DNA from: Octopus sinensis
Lineage: Eukaryota
Length of the DNA stretch: 64,000 nucleotides
Direction: 5' to 3'
Assembly: GCF_006345805.1 (NCBI RefSeq)
Contig: NC_042998.1
Coordinates: 76,570,001 to 76,634,000 of the forward strand
Shown: positions 52,200 through 64,000 of the stretch, one piece after another
How positions within the stretch are numbered: the stretch's first letter is position 1
Layout: every line of letters begins with the position of its first letter
Notes under the pieces: model-generated
Database searches by the model: none
What the model was told of the DNA's origin: nothing
The model's input: the letters and a program-made list of their open reading frames with translations, nothing else
Program-made: the position numbers and the translations under genes

Positions 52200-53960
52200 A
52201 ACTGCACAAATGAAACTGGACCTTTAAGGGAAAGCCACTCGCTCAGCAGTGGACCAGTAAAGATTAGTCGATCACGCTAATGCTATTAGGAGAAGAAAGT
52301 GGACGACAGAATTGGAGGTAGAAGAGGTCACAAGAGAACTGGAAAAGAAAGACCAGGCACTAGGAAAGACAAACAACATAAGAGATACAACTCAAACCAA
52401 AGAAGAACCCAAAAGAAAAATAATAGTGTTACCAATAAGGAAAGGACAACTGATACTAACGAATTTATTAGCCTTAGCATGAAAAATTGAAAGTAGATCT
52501 CTACAGAGGTAACACACTCTTAGGGAAACTTAATATCAAAAGAGGAATTTTCCAGGGCGACTTGATATCTCCTTTAATATTTGTCTTATATTTGATCCCC
52601 CTCAGTTTAGTATTAAGGAAGGCAAAGGCAGAGTATCAGTTCAGAAATAGTAATGGAAAAAATAAATAATTTGCTTTACATGGATGATCTGAAGCAATTT
52701 AGTAAGAATGAAAAGAGATTCTTTAATACAGACTGTAAGACTCTTCAGCAAAGATGCTAGCATGGAACTTAGCATAGATAAGTGATCAATATTAGTCACG
52801 AGAAGGGGATAGGTAGACAACAGCGAAGGCATTCAATTACTAGATGACAAGGCATTAAAATCATTGAAAATAGGAGAGAGTTACAAGTATCTTGGAATAT
52901 TAGAATCTCACAGTAGTAACTAGAGAAATGAAAACGAAAATTGAGGAGTACATCAAAACAGTGAGGAAGCTAATGAAGTGAAAGCTAAATGGTTCGAATC
53001 TAGTGAAGGCTATAATTACTTGGGCAGTATTATTACTTAGATACTCAGCATCTTTTGTAGATTGCACAAGAACTGAATTAGCAAAGCAAGACAGAACAAG
53101 GAAGGAATTTAAAATGAACGGAGGGCTCCACCCAAGGGCAGGAGTAGCAAGATTATGCCTGCTTAGAAAGGACGTTGGAAGAGGGTTAAATGACGTAGTT
53201 AGCTAGAGTAGATGTAGACGCCTATGCAGGCAACAGTGAAGAAAGTTTATTAAAAGTTGCTAGAGTCACAGCAAGACATAGGGAAACCAGAGTACCAAAC
53301 GAACTTAAACCCCCCCCCCCAAAAAAAAGAATAGAAATTATCTGGCTGGCAGGTGAAAGCGTTGCATGGTAGATCCTCCGTGACAGTCGCAGCAAATAGT
53401 AATAGTGAGATATGGTTATGTCTGCAGAAAGGAAGGCTGAAGAGAGAGATAGAAAGTTTGTTAGTAGCTGCGCAAGATCAAGCATTAAAGACTAACTGGA
53501 TAAAAGTCAAGATTGAAAAAAAAAAGCAAAAAAACAAGTAGAATCCCTATGTAGATTAAGCAAATCAAGAGGAAAGAGTTACTCATATAGTAAGTGAACG
53601 TAGCATGCTGGCACAGAAAGAATACAAGAAAAGACATGACAATCTAGGGAGAGCGACCCACATGGAGCTGTGTAAAAAGCTAGGATTTGAACATACTGAT
53701 AAATGGTATGAACATGAACCTAGTAAGTACTAAAAAGTAAGAAATACAAGATGTTGTGGAACCTTCAGGCTGATAGAGTAATAGAAGATAGAAGGCCTGA
53801 TTTGGTAGTAGTAGATAAAGGGAATAGAAAGTACTAGATAATTGACTTTCCAGTCCCAAATGATGAAAAAAATTAATATAAGAAATATAGAAAAAATAGT
53901 AAAGTACCAGGAACTAGCTATTGAATTACAGAGACTATAGAAAGTGTAAAATGTATCCCA
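52200..53960 (+). mobile_element. Decayed R4/Dong-type LINE (RT through RLE)
   Basis: IKRGIFQGDLISPLIFVL, LLYMDDLK, YKYLGILES, MNGGLHPRAGVARL, LVAAQDQALKTNW, RHDNLGR, RRPDLVVVDK, KYQELAIEL. Confidence 0.92.
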
Positions 53961-53961
53961 G

Positions 53962-54075
53962 TAGTTTTATCTTTTCGGGGTCGATGAAATAAGTACTAGT
54001 TACGCACTGGGATCGATGTAATCGACTAGCCCCATCCCCCCAAATATCAGACGTTGTGTCTATTGTAGAAAGGAG
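53962..54075 (+). mobile_element. SINE family B 3' half
   Basis: ttttcggggtcgatgaaataagtactagttacgcactgggatcgatgtaatcgact. Confidence 0.85.
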
Positions 54076-54615
54076 TATTATTATCATTAACCACAAAGGG
54101 TCGAAGAGATCCGACAAAATACGATGTACGTTGAACAAGGGGTTTACAAAGATGCCGCATGGATGAAAAATATCAAGCTAAAACGATGGGATGAATGACA
54201 TTATATAATTAAATTGGGAAGAATTTAATCATGTATAAAAATCATTAGTAATTAACACAAATATAAAAAAAAGTATAATAAAACCTAAGAATTAGAAACA
54301 AGATATAGTTTAAACAACGTCTAGGTTTAATTATTGCGCTTTATCATACGCATACAACATAAAGATATACAAAAGATGAAAAACTCGTATGATTCTCGCC
54401 CACACACAGGTGAGATCTCTATATCGGTTTAGACTAGTTTATGTTTCTACTCTCTCACTTTTGCATTTGTTTCATCCCCACGCATCCTAAAGAACCCGTT
54501 AACATTTTTTTAGAGTGGTTCGGTAGATAACAACCCACTTGTTAAGGTTACAAAAGCTTCAATTCATTGTAATACTTTCTTCTTCTTTTCATTGATTATA
54601 TTATTATTATTATTA

Positions 54616-54671
<56 letters not shown>

Positions 54672-55152
54672 GTAGTAGTAGTAGTAGTAGTAGTGTTGGT
54701 ATCAAAACCTTGCTCTTTGATTGTCTCCTGTATTGCAGCGTCAACTGCGTCTCAGTAGTCAATGCATCCCTTACATTAATCCTTGCATCACAAATATGTG
54801 ATTTTGGTTTGGTCTTCATTATTGTTCTGCAGAGAGTCATTATTGTTGTTTTTCGAGGAGTGTACACCTCACCCATTCTCTGTTGGGGGTCGCCACTACT
54901 TTTATTTTTCAGATTTCTTTCTCTTTTTCGTCCAGAAATCACAATCTCTTCTTCATCACAAGATAATGGAATGGCACTGCTCGTTGCTAAAGTCAGTTGC
55001 CGGAATGCCTTCTCACTTGTTTCCAGAAACAGGCACGAGGTTATCGCATCACTATTTCCAGAGATGTGACTGATAGTACTCTGAAAATTGAGCCCTTGTG
55101 ATCGCATTGCTGCCTCAGCTGAACCCAGCTGTTTTTTTCTATTCATCAGTTT

Positions 55153-55385
55153 TTAGTCTTTCCATTTCATCAGAGGAGGTACGTGGCTAAGTGGTTAGCG
55201 TGTTGGACTCATGATCGTAAGATTGTGGTTTCGTATTCCTGGACCTGGCGACGCGTTGTGTTCTTGAGCGAAACACTTCATTTCACGTTGCTCCAGTCCA
55301 CTCAGTTGGCAAGAACGAGTAATCCTGTAATGCACCGACATGCCGTACAGGTGGGGGATATATAAGCCAGGAAACTGGCCTTTAT
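55153..55385 (+). mobile_element. SINE family C-related copy (shared head and core, different tail)
   Basis: tggctaagtggttagcg; gttgtgttcttgagcgaaacacttcatttcacgttgctccagtccactcag. Confidence 0.8.
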
Positions 55386-55416
55386 GAATTGAATTGAAGC
55401 TTTTGTAACCTTATTA

Positions 55417-55642
55417 AAAAGGCAGCGTGTTGGCAGAATCGTTAGCACGCTGGGCAAAATGCTTAGTGGTATTTCGTCTGCCGCTACGTTCTGAGTTCAA
55501 ATTCCGCCGAGGTCGACTTTGCCTTTTATCATTTCGGGGTCGATAAATAAAGTACCAGTTACACACTGGGATCGATGTAATCGACTTAATCCCTTTGTCT
55601 GTCCTTGTTTGTCCTCTCTGTGTGGGTAGTAAAGAAATAGGT
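55417..55642 (+). mobile_element. SINE family B, full length
   Basis: Near-identical to 20500-20732 and 57671-57891. Confidence 0.92.
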
Positions 55643-56026
55643 ATGACACGAGAAGGAAAACTTTAACTTTTTTTACTATTTCATCGGAACGTAAGTTTCT
55701 AAAATTACTTTTACTACCTCATGTGTAACAATTAGATTTTCTGCGTTGCAACAAATGCCTCATATCTTTGTTTCTGTGCCACCAACAGAGCACAGCTTCA
55801 TTTATAGCCTTGTGATTGAGTGTCATTAGGACTCGCAAGTCCACTCAGCCCGCTTCCAAACCGAACACTTATGCTACCTATCATCACCTTTGCACTTAGC
55901 ACCTGTCCATACTGTAATGCAAACACGATGAACCGCCACAGATGACCATCTTCACCGACGTAATTGTCATGACCTTTGTATTTCTCTCCCTCAAATACTG
56001 GCGTATAAGTGTATGGGTTTTGTTCT

Positions 56027-56210
56027 TATTCTTTTACTTGGTTCAGTCATTTGGAGCACTACCTTGAAGGGTTTTAGTCGAACAAATCGATCCCTGGACA
56101 TTTTTTAAAGGTTTAGTACTTATTCTACCGTTCTCTTTTGCCGAACCGCTACGTTACGAGAACGTAAACACGGATTGTCAAGCGGTGATGGAGGACGAAC
56201 ACAGACACAA

Positions 56211-56247
<37 letters not shown>

Positions 56248-56249
56248 CA

Positions 56250-56308
<59 letters not shown>

Positions 56309-56481
56309 GCATATACACGACGGGCTTCTTTCGGTTTTCGTGTACCAGATCCTATCACAAGGCTTTGATCGGCCTGAGACTATAGTAGAAGACACTTGCC
56401 CAAGGTGCCACACAATGAGACTGAACTCGGAATCATATGGTTGGGAAGCAAACTTCTTAGCACACAGCTACGCCTGTGCCT
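56027..56481 (-). mobile_element. SINE family A, older copy with internal (CAGA)n(CA)n
   Basis: Aligns with 56858-57259. Confidence 0.88.
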
Positions 56482-56857
56482 GTCTATTTCAGTCTATGTT
56501 TTTTGTTCTGAAAATCCCATAAGACTTGTTCTGCTCAGTCGATGGAATTTTGTGAAGTACTGTTTCCAGAAGGTGAGAAAGAAAACTCTCTCTACCATTC
56601 TTAATGCACAGGTATATTACATTTCTCTGTTTTCTTTCTTGGATTATCTGTTGGAGCAACGAGACGTTTGGGTTTATGAAATGCTCCAAGTCAAATACTT
56701 TTTCCTGGGAAATATATCGAACCTAAAATCTCTATTCTGTGTAATAAATGAAGTAAAACTGGCTCCTTTAAAACGACTACTATATCTGTTACCTAAAATA
56801 TTTGTCTGTATGCGAGTGTTGTTGTTGTCTTTACCGCTATCGTTCAAAATATCTTTC

Positions 56858-57259
56858 TCTTTTACTCGTTTCAGTCATTTGACTGCGGCCATGCTGGAGC
56901 ACCGCCTTTAATCGAACAACTCGATCCCGAGACTTATTCTTTTGTAAGCCCAGTACTTATTCTATCGGTCTCTTTTTGCCGAACCGCTAAGTGACGGGGA
57001 CATAAACACACCAGCATCAGTTGTCAAGCAATGCTAGGGGGACAAACACAGACACACAAACACACATACATACATATATATATATACATATATACGACGG
57101 GCTTCTTTCAGTTTCCGTTTACCAAATCCACTCACAAGGCTTTGGTCGGCTCGAGGCTATAGTAGAAGACTCTTGCCCAAGGTGCCACGTAGTGGGACTG
57201 AACCCGGAACCATGTGGCTAGTAAACAAGCTACTTACCACACAGCCACTCCTGCGCCTA
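56858..57259 (-). mobile_element. SINE family A, full length
   Basis: Reverse complement starts aggcgcaggagtggctgtgtggtaag...gggttcagtccc. Confidence 0.93.
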
Positions 57260-57670
57260 TGTTCGAAATGATTACTTTTTTTATTAAATGATTAAGTGGT
57301 CATTTAAATAAATACTCGTTATACTCATAGTTTTGTTTTAAGTGTTTATTCCAAGGTGCTTATTATCTTTTGCTGACTTTTTGTTTATTTTTGTGTATTG
57401 TATTGTATTGTATTGTATTATTTTCGTTTTTGCATTGTTTTTAAAGGGTACTTATCGTGTTTGTTTAGCTGATATTTTGATGTGAAAATATCATCAAAAT
57501 GTTAAAGAAAATATAGAAATCAAATAAAATATGTCCGGGCAGCGTGGACAGTTATCCACACGTAATTAAAACCCACATAGTATACAGAATAAAGATATAT
57601 ACAACAATAACAAGAACAGCGAGAAAAGAAATTACGATAGTAACATCAACAACGGTACCTACCCAAACAA

Positions 57671-57891
57671 GGCGGTGAGCTGGCAGAAACGTTAGCACGC
57701 CGGACGAAATGCGTAGCCGTATTTCGTCTGCCGTTACGTTCTGAGTTCAAATTCCGCCGAGGTCGACTTTGACCTTCATCTTTTCGGGGTCGATAAATTA
57801 AGTACCAGTTACGCACTGGGGTCGATGTAATCGACTTAATCTCCTTGTCTGTCCTCTCTGTGTTTAGCCCCTTGTGGGTAGTAAAGAAATA
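57671..57891 (+). mobile_element. SINE family B with 17-bp TSD
   Basis: ggtacctacccaaacaa at 57654-57670 and 57892-57908. Confidence 0.96.
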
Positions 57892-57909
57892 GGTACCTAC
57901 CCAAACAAC

Positions 57910-58690
57910 ATTATCAACAATTGTAGTCTTAACAGTAACAATATCAACAGCTGGAACAACCTGAATCTGAATACGATAACAATAATATTGATACTTGCAA
58001 CAACTTATATAACAAGATTATCAGTATAAGTTTGATAATATCAATAATAATAATGATGATATCAACACGAATAACAACATGAAGAACATAAACTACAACA
58101 ATTTATAATAGGCTTAACAAACTCCTAGAACTTTAACAACAACCTGAATACAATAACGAATAAGAAGAGTATGAATAGCAGTCGATAACATTAATAAAAA
58201 CACCCTAAATAACAACAATAACAACAACAATAACAACGGGAACAACAACAGTATTAATGAATGTAATAATCTCAACAATATCAACAACTGTAAAAGAAAC
58301 ACAACTTTACTAACAACAATAATATTAACAGGTGTTAAGAACTTGAACAACAAGAAACAACAACAAAAGTGATATCAACACCAGTAAGAAGCTCAACAAC
58401 AACAACAACAACAACAACAACTAAAATAGCAGGCCGAATAATAACAATATTTACAAAAGTAAAAGCATAAATAATAACAATGTCAAAGAGCTATAATAAT
58501 TACAATCTTACCAAAAACATCAACCACAATAACAACAATATTATATTAACTGCCGTAACTATCTGAACAACAGCAAAGATATAAATCCATTTTTCATCTT
58601 GAATAATAACAAAATCAACACTATCAGTACTTGTAAGAACTTGGATAACAACAACGTAAACTCCAATAACAACATGAAGAAAAACAATAT
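57910..58690. repeat. Degenerate (AAC/AAT)-rich low-complexity tract
   Basis: Direct composition; a similar tract lies at 59090-59340. Confidence 0.8.
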
Positions 58691-58699
58691 TAATTTTCT

Positions 58700-59075
58700 A
58701 CTCTAGGCATAAGGCCTGAAATTTTTGGGGAAGGGGCCTGTCTATTAGATCGCCACCAGTAACCAACTGGTACTTAATTTATCGACCCCGAAATGATGAA
58801 CGGCAAAGTCGACCTCGGCGGAATTTGAACTCAGAACGTAGCGACGGGCGAAATACCTATATCTTTACTACCCATAACGGGATAAACACAGAGAGGACAA
58901 ACAAGGACAGACAAACGGATTAAGTCGAATATTTCGACCCCAGTGCGTAACTGGTACTTAATTTATCGACCCCGAAAGGATGAAAGGCAAAGTCGACCTC
59001 GGCGGAATTTGAACTCAGAACGTAGCGCCAGACGAAATACCGCTAAGCATTTCATCCAGTGTACTAACGATTTTG
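58700..59075 (-). mobile_element. Two head-to-tail SINE family B copies with different tails
   Basis: gacc.cggcggaatttgaactcagaacgtagcg occurs twice (about 58810 and 58995). Confidence 0.9.
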
Positions 59076-59344
59076 CCATGTAATGTTAATATAAATAATA
59101 AGCTGGGTAACAACGACAATATTAACAAGAGTAACAATCTCGATAACAACGAACAATAAGCGTCGCAATATCATTCTGAGTAACAACAACAAAAGTGACA
59201 ACTAAAATAGTTATAACAACAACACCAATAACAACCAAAACTTCAGTAACAAGTTGAACAACAGTAACAAAAACACAAAATGAACAACAAGAAAATACAC
59301 TCCAACAACAACAAAAGCAACATGAACAACGACAATAATTATTG

Positions 59345-59720
59345 TTTTTAAATTTTGGCACAAGGCCAGAAGTTTTTGAGGAGAGGATAAGTCGATTACG
59401 TTGACCCCAATGTTTCACTGGTACCTATTTTATCAAGCCCGAAAGGATGAAAGGAAAAGTCGACCTCGGTGGAATTTGAACTCAGTACGCGAAGACGGAC
59501 GAAATGCAACTTAGTAATTTGCTCGGCGTGCTAACGATTCTGCTAGCTCGTTATTTCAAATTTTGGCACAAAGCCAGCAATTTCAGGAGCAGGGAGGGGA
59601 TAAGTCGATTACCTCGATCCCAATGTTTCACTGATACTTAATTTATCGACCTCGAAAGGAAGAAAGTCAAAGTCGACTTCGGTAGAATTTGAACTCAGAA
59701 GGTAAAGATGGACGAACTGC
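59345..59720 (-). mobile_element. Two head-to-tail older SINE family B copies
   Basis: aaattttggcacaa.gccag...gataagtcgattac...gaatttgaactcag occurs twice. Confidence 0.88.
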
Positions 59721-61934
59721 AAAGTCAGCCTCAAATAAGCAAAACAAAATCAAGACTATCACAACAACAACAACAACAACAACTATGAAGATCACCACCA
59801 CTACCACCACCAACACCGCCACAACCACCACCACCACCACCACAATCACCACCATCACCATCACCATTATAACTGCAATCATAACTATCATCAACTGTTC
59901 TCAGTTCTACCACCCTCACTATAAACTTAACCACTGCTGCTACCACCAATACCACCAAAACGACTATCCACCACCACCACCACCACCACCACCACTGTTA
60001 CCTCCTCCACCAACTACGACAACCGCAATCGCCACCATCTTTATCATCACCATCATCATCGACCTGATTGTGGTCGCTTATCATGTCAACATTATCATGG
60101 TTATCTGAGAGCACACCCGCTGTTTGTCTTTAAAACAGGGATAACGTGGTCTAGGAGAAAACACGGGATGGTCACGGATGGGAAGTGTTTAAGAAAAGGT
60201 AGGACTGTTCGAGGACCGTTGACTGAGATGAAACAACAACAACAACAACAAAACAACAGCAGATATATTCCAGTAAGACACTTGATACCGGCATATACAA
60301 ATATACACGTGCGCTCGCGCATACAAACACATACGCATGTACAGACGTACATACATACATACATACATACACACAATTGCACATACACAAAAACACAGGC
60401 GAACACAGAAACTCGCACGCACGCAGACAAACATGCACACACACACACACATGCGGTGCGCGGACACACACACACACACACGCGCCTATAGCCGTCTAGC
60501 AATCAGTCAATGAAATTATTAGTGTTTCTTTTTTTTGTGTGTGTGTGTGTGTCTGTGTGTGTCGCGTGTGTGGTGTAGTGAGTCAGTATTTCGTTATTTA
60601 ACTGTCTGTTCGTCTGTTTGTCTGTCTCTATGTCTGTCTCTATGTCTGGCCTGTCGAAATGTCAGTATTTTTCGGTCTGACTGTAGCATCTCTTTCTCAT
60701 TCTCGCTTTCTCTATCTTTCTCTCTCTCACTCGTTCTCTCTCTCTCTCTCTCCTTCGCTTTCTCTCTCCTTCGCTTTCTCTCTCCTTCGCTCTCTCTCTC
60801 TCCCTCACTCTCTCTCTCCCTCGCTCTCTCTTTCTCTCTCTCTCTCTCTCTGCCTGTGTATGTCTAGCTGCTTGTCACTGCAGCTGTCTATCAGCCGTCC
60901 ATCTCTCCACCCACTCAGCCGACAATCCACCCGTTTATCCATCCGTCCTCCACTCTTCAATCCACCCTTATCTTCTACAGTAACATATCCAATCATCCTG
61001 CAACCCAACCCCTTCCCTCTATCCACCCATCCACCTATCCATCCATTCCCTCAACCAACCTTCCATCCACCCATCCATCCATCCATCCATCCATCCATCC
61101 ATCCATCCGCTCATCCACCAATCCGTCAGTTCGCCCACCCTTCCATATACCCATCAACGTACCCATCCATCCATCCATCCATCCACCTATCCATCCACCC
61201 GTATATATAATGACACACCCGTATATCCATGCATCCACCCACCATTCCACGACAGCAATAGTGACGGTGGCTGGCTGTGATGACAGGGGCGGTGGGGAGG
61301 TGCAGTTTGCCAGTAGTGGTGGTGGTGGTATCATAACTGCGTTGTTGTTATTGTTCTTGTAGTGATAGTGGTGGGAGGTTGTATTGGTGGTGGTGGTTGT
61401 GGTGTTGATAGTAAAGGTGTTAGTGGTGTTAGTGGTAGAGGTGGTATGCTAAACATGATTATGTATGTGACGGTTGTAGTGACGGCATGGTTAATGCTGT
61501 TGCTGTTGTTGTTGTTGTTGTTGTTGTTGTTGCTGTTGTTGTTGATGAAAGTAGAGGCAAGATTAAGGTGTTGGTAACGGTGGTGGAGTTGGAGGGTAGC
61601 GGTAATAACTGAGGCGGGGGGGGGGGTGACAATTTGGGTAAGCCGTGGCCGCAATGGTTGCACCCGTGGCAGAAGTGGCAGTCGTGGTAGTGGCAGTGGT
61701 GGTTCGAGTTGTGTTAATGCTAATATATTGCCATCCATCGTTCAAAGCCGTAGTTAAATATACGGATGAACAAACGAACGACAAGTTTTTTTTCTTCCCC
61801 ATCATATTCGGCAAAACCGTTTCGCTAACACCAGCCGGCATCAGCTACCCGTTTTACCATCCTGAATATAGCAGCTGTAAGATATTTTCAAAACCTATCT
61901 CCTCCCAACCACCTTCACTACAATTGCTATATCT

Positions 61935-61936
61935 TC

Positions 61937-62016
<80 letters not shown>

Positions 62017-62038
62017 ATCCATCCATCATCTATCTATA

Positions 62039-62102
<64 letters not shown>

Positions 62103-62110
62103 CATCCATC

Positions 62111-62149
<39 letters not shown>

Positions 62150-62157
62150 CATCCATC

Positions 62158-62212
<55 letters not shown>

Positions 62213-62235
62213 CATCCATCATCTATCTATCTATC

Positions 62236-62305
<70 letters not shown>

Positions 62306-62411
62306 ATCTATCTATCTATCTATCCATCCATCATCTATCTATCTATCTAGCTATCTATCTATCTACCTACCTACCTACCTACCTACCTATCGATCTATCT
62401 ATCTGTCTGCC

Positions 62412-62444
<33 letters not shown>

Positions 62445-62480
62445 GCTGTCTGTCTATCTGTCTGTCTGATCATGTGCCTG
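61935..62480. repeat. (TATC)n/(CATC)n/(TGTC)n compound array
   Basis: Direct. Confidence 0.97.
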
Positions 62481-62824
62481 CCTGTCTCCTCTTTATTTAT
62501 CTGTCTGTCTGCCTGTCTGTCTGCCTGTCTGCCCGTCTGTCTGTCTGTCTCTGTACCTAATGACACTTAAAATTTCCTCACTTTCATTTCGATTCCTTTT
62601 CACATTTATTTGTAATTATTTTACTTTGTTAAGAACGCGTCTTACAAGCATACAATGAGCAAACACCTCATGCACCCAGAAGTACACACGCACACATACA
62701 AACACACATGCACACACATACCCACGCATAATATATATTATATATATATATATTATATATATAATATATTATATATATTATGTATATAATATGTATATAT
62801 ATATATATATATATATGTATATAA

Positions 62825-62872
<48 letters not shown>

Positions 62873-63139
62873 TATATATATATATATATATGTATAACCC
62901 AGCATGTATATATATATATATATTTACATACACACACACACACATGCACATATCGGTGCTCCAGCGTTGCCTTGGTTCCGATAGCTAAAGAAAACCCCAA
63001 AACTAAAGAACTAAGATATGCATGCGCACATGTTTTCACAAATATACACAAACACATGCATTCAGTGAAAAAAGTCTGTGTATATGCACGCGAGCACATG
63101 TAGATACATAGACACATGTATCTTTTGGTATAAGGCATG

Positions 63140-63179
<40 letters not shown>

Positions 63180-63183
<4 letters not shown>

Positions 63184-63446
63184 AATAAATAAAATATATG
63201 CATACATACATACATATATGTACGTACCTACATCTACATGTATATATACATGCATATATATATATATATACATGAGTACAGGACACCACAAGTAACGTAG
63301 AACTCAACGAGAAACGAAAACATAAAAACAAACTAGGAAACGGACTTTTTTTGACAACGAAAAAACAGAGTACAAGACAAGCAATACAAGGAATATTCCC
63401 CTTCATCAGCTGTCCCTGGTTCGACTCAGTGCGTGTTTCGAAGAGA
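63180..63446 (-). mobile_element. Repeat family H, copy 4 (truncated within the rearranged hammerhead)
   Basis: Reverse complement CTCTTC GAAA CACG...GACAG CTGATGA A GGGG; body homologous to 30700-30915. Confidence 0.87.
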
Positions 63447-64000
63447 TATATGTGTGTATGTGTATTTATGCATATGTATGTATGTATGTATATTTACATA
63501 CACACACACACACTTATAGATGCCTAGCTTTACTAAATGTAAACAAACAAGGAGAAATGGCACGAGCAACAAAAGCAATCAACGACGGTAACCGCGTCAT
63601 TGTATACATACAGGTTACCGGCGAATCGATACGCACATGGGGAAAACAACAACAGAGCAGCAGCGGCAGTAGCAGCAGCAGTAGCAGTTGTAGCAGCAGT
63701 AGCAGTAGCAGCGGCTATAACAATAACAAGAACAAGGAGGTAAGCCTCTCTTGACCAATCGACATCGCATCTCGGGTTCGCGTTAAGTTGTGTTTGTTGT
63801 CCTCTCCAATAACCGTGGCGTTGTTGGAGATGTCACAATATCGCATGTTTGATGTTCAGTCAAAATGCAACCAAGAATATAAGTATAAATGCAACACCTT
63901 CAAGAGTATGCACAACGAAAACAACCAAGAATAAACAAACAGTGTGTTAGCAAGTGCTCTTTTTTTAGGGTATCATTCGACCACTAAGATTAGCAGTCAA

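Noticed and set aside
63500-63750. Possible exon (ttatag acceptor, GAG|GTAAGC donor) in the 100-aa ORF
   Set aside because: Poor polypyrimidine tract, half the frame is AGC repeat, and no recognisable domain.

Overview
Gene-poor, AT-rich, microsatellite-saturated eukaryotic DNA. The repeat repertoire (several tRNA-headed SINE families, R4/Dong-type LINE remnants in (TAA)n, Penelope-like elements, hAT transposons) is typical of an octopus or coleoid cephalopod genome; this is inference, not a database result. I found no confident host exon, rRNA, true tRNA gene or CRISPR array, and most ORFs in the supplied track are microsatellite artefacts. Supported elements are two decayed Penelope-like retroelements (Naiad-like at 5.7-7.6 kb, +; Neptune-like at 23.8-27.1 kb, -), about 9 R4/Dong fragments, a full-length hAT transposon (46219-48556, perfect 8-bp TSD, two frameshifts), a hAT MITE and more than 20 SINE copies. 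The most interesting signal is RNA-structural: the window is rich in hammerhead ribozyme (HHR) motifs. (1) A non-coding, (TA)n-embedded repeat family with 4 copies (about 30.6, 32.7, 33.5 and 63.4 kb) carries the HHR core in a strand order that is NOT a circular permutation of types I/II/III. Stems I and III show compensatory changes between copies, and the linker lengths fit the known 3D fold. (2) A tRNA-headed SINE (31.1-31.4 kb, headless copy at 23.3 kb) carries an internal minimal type I HHR with a palindromic stem III. Several further degenerate minimal HHRs are scattered through the window.
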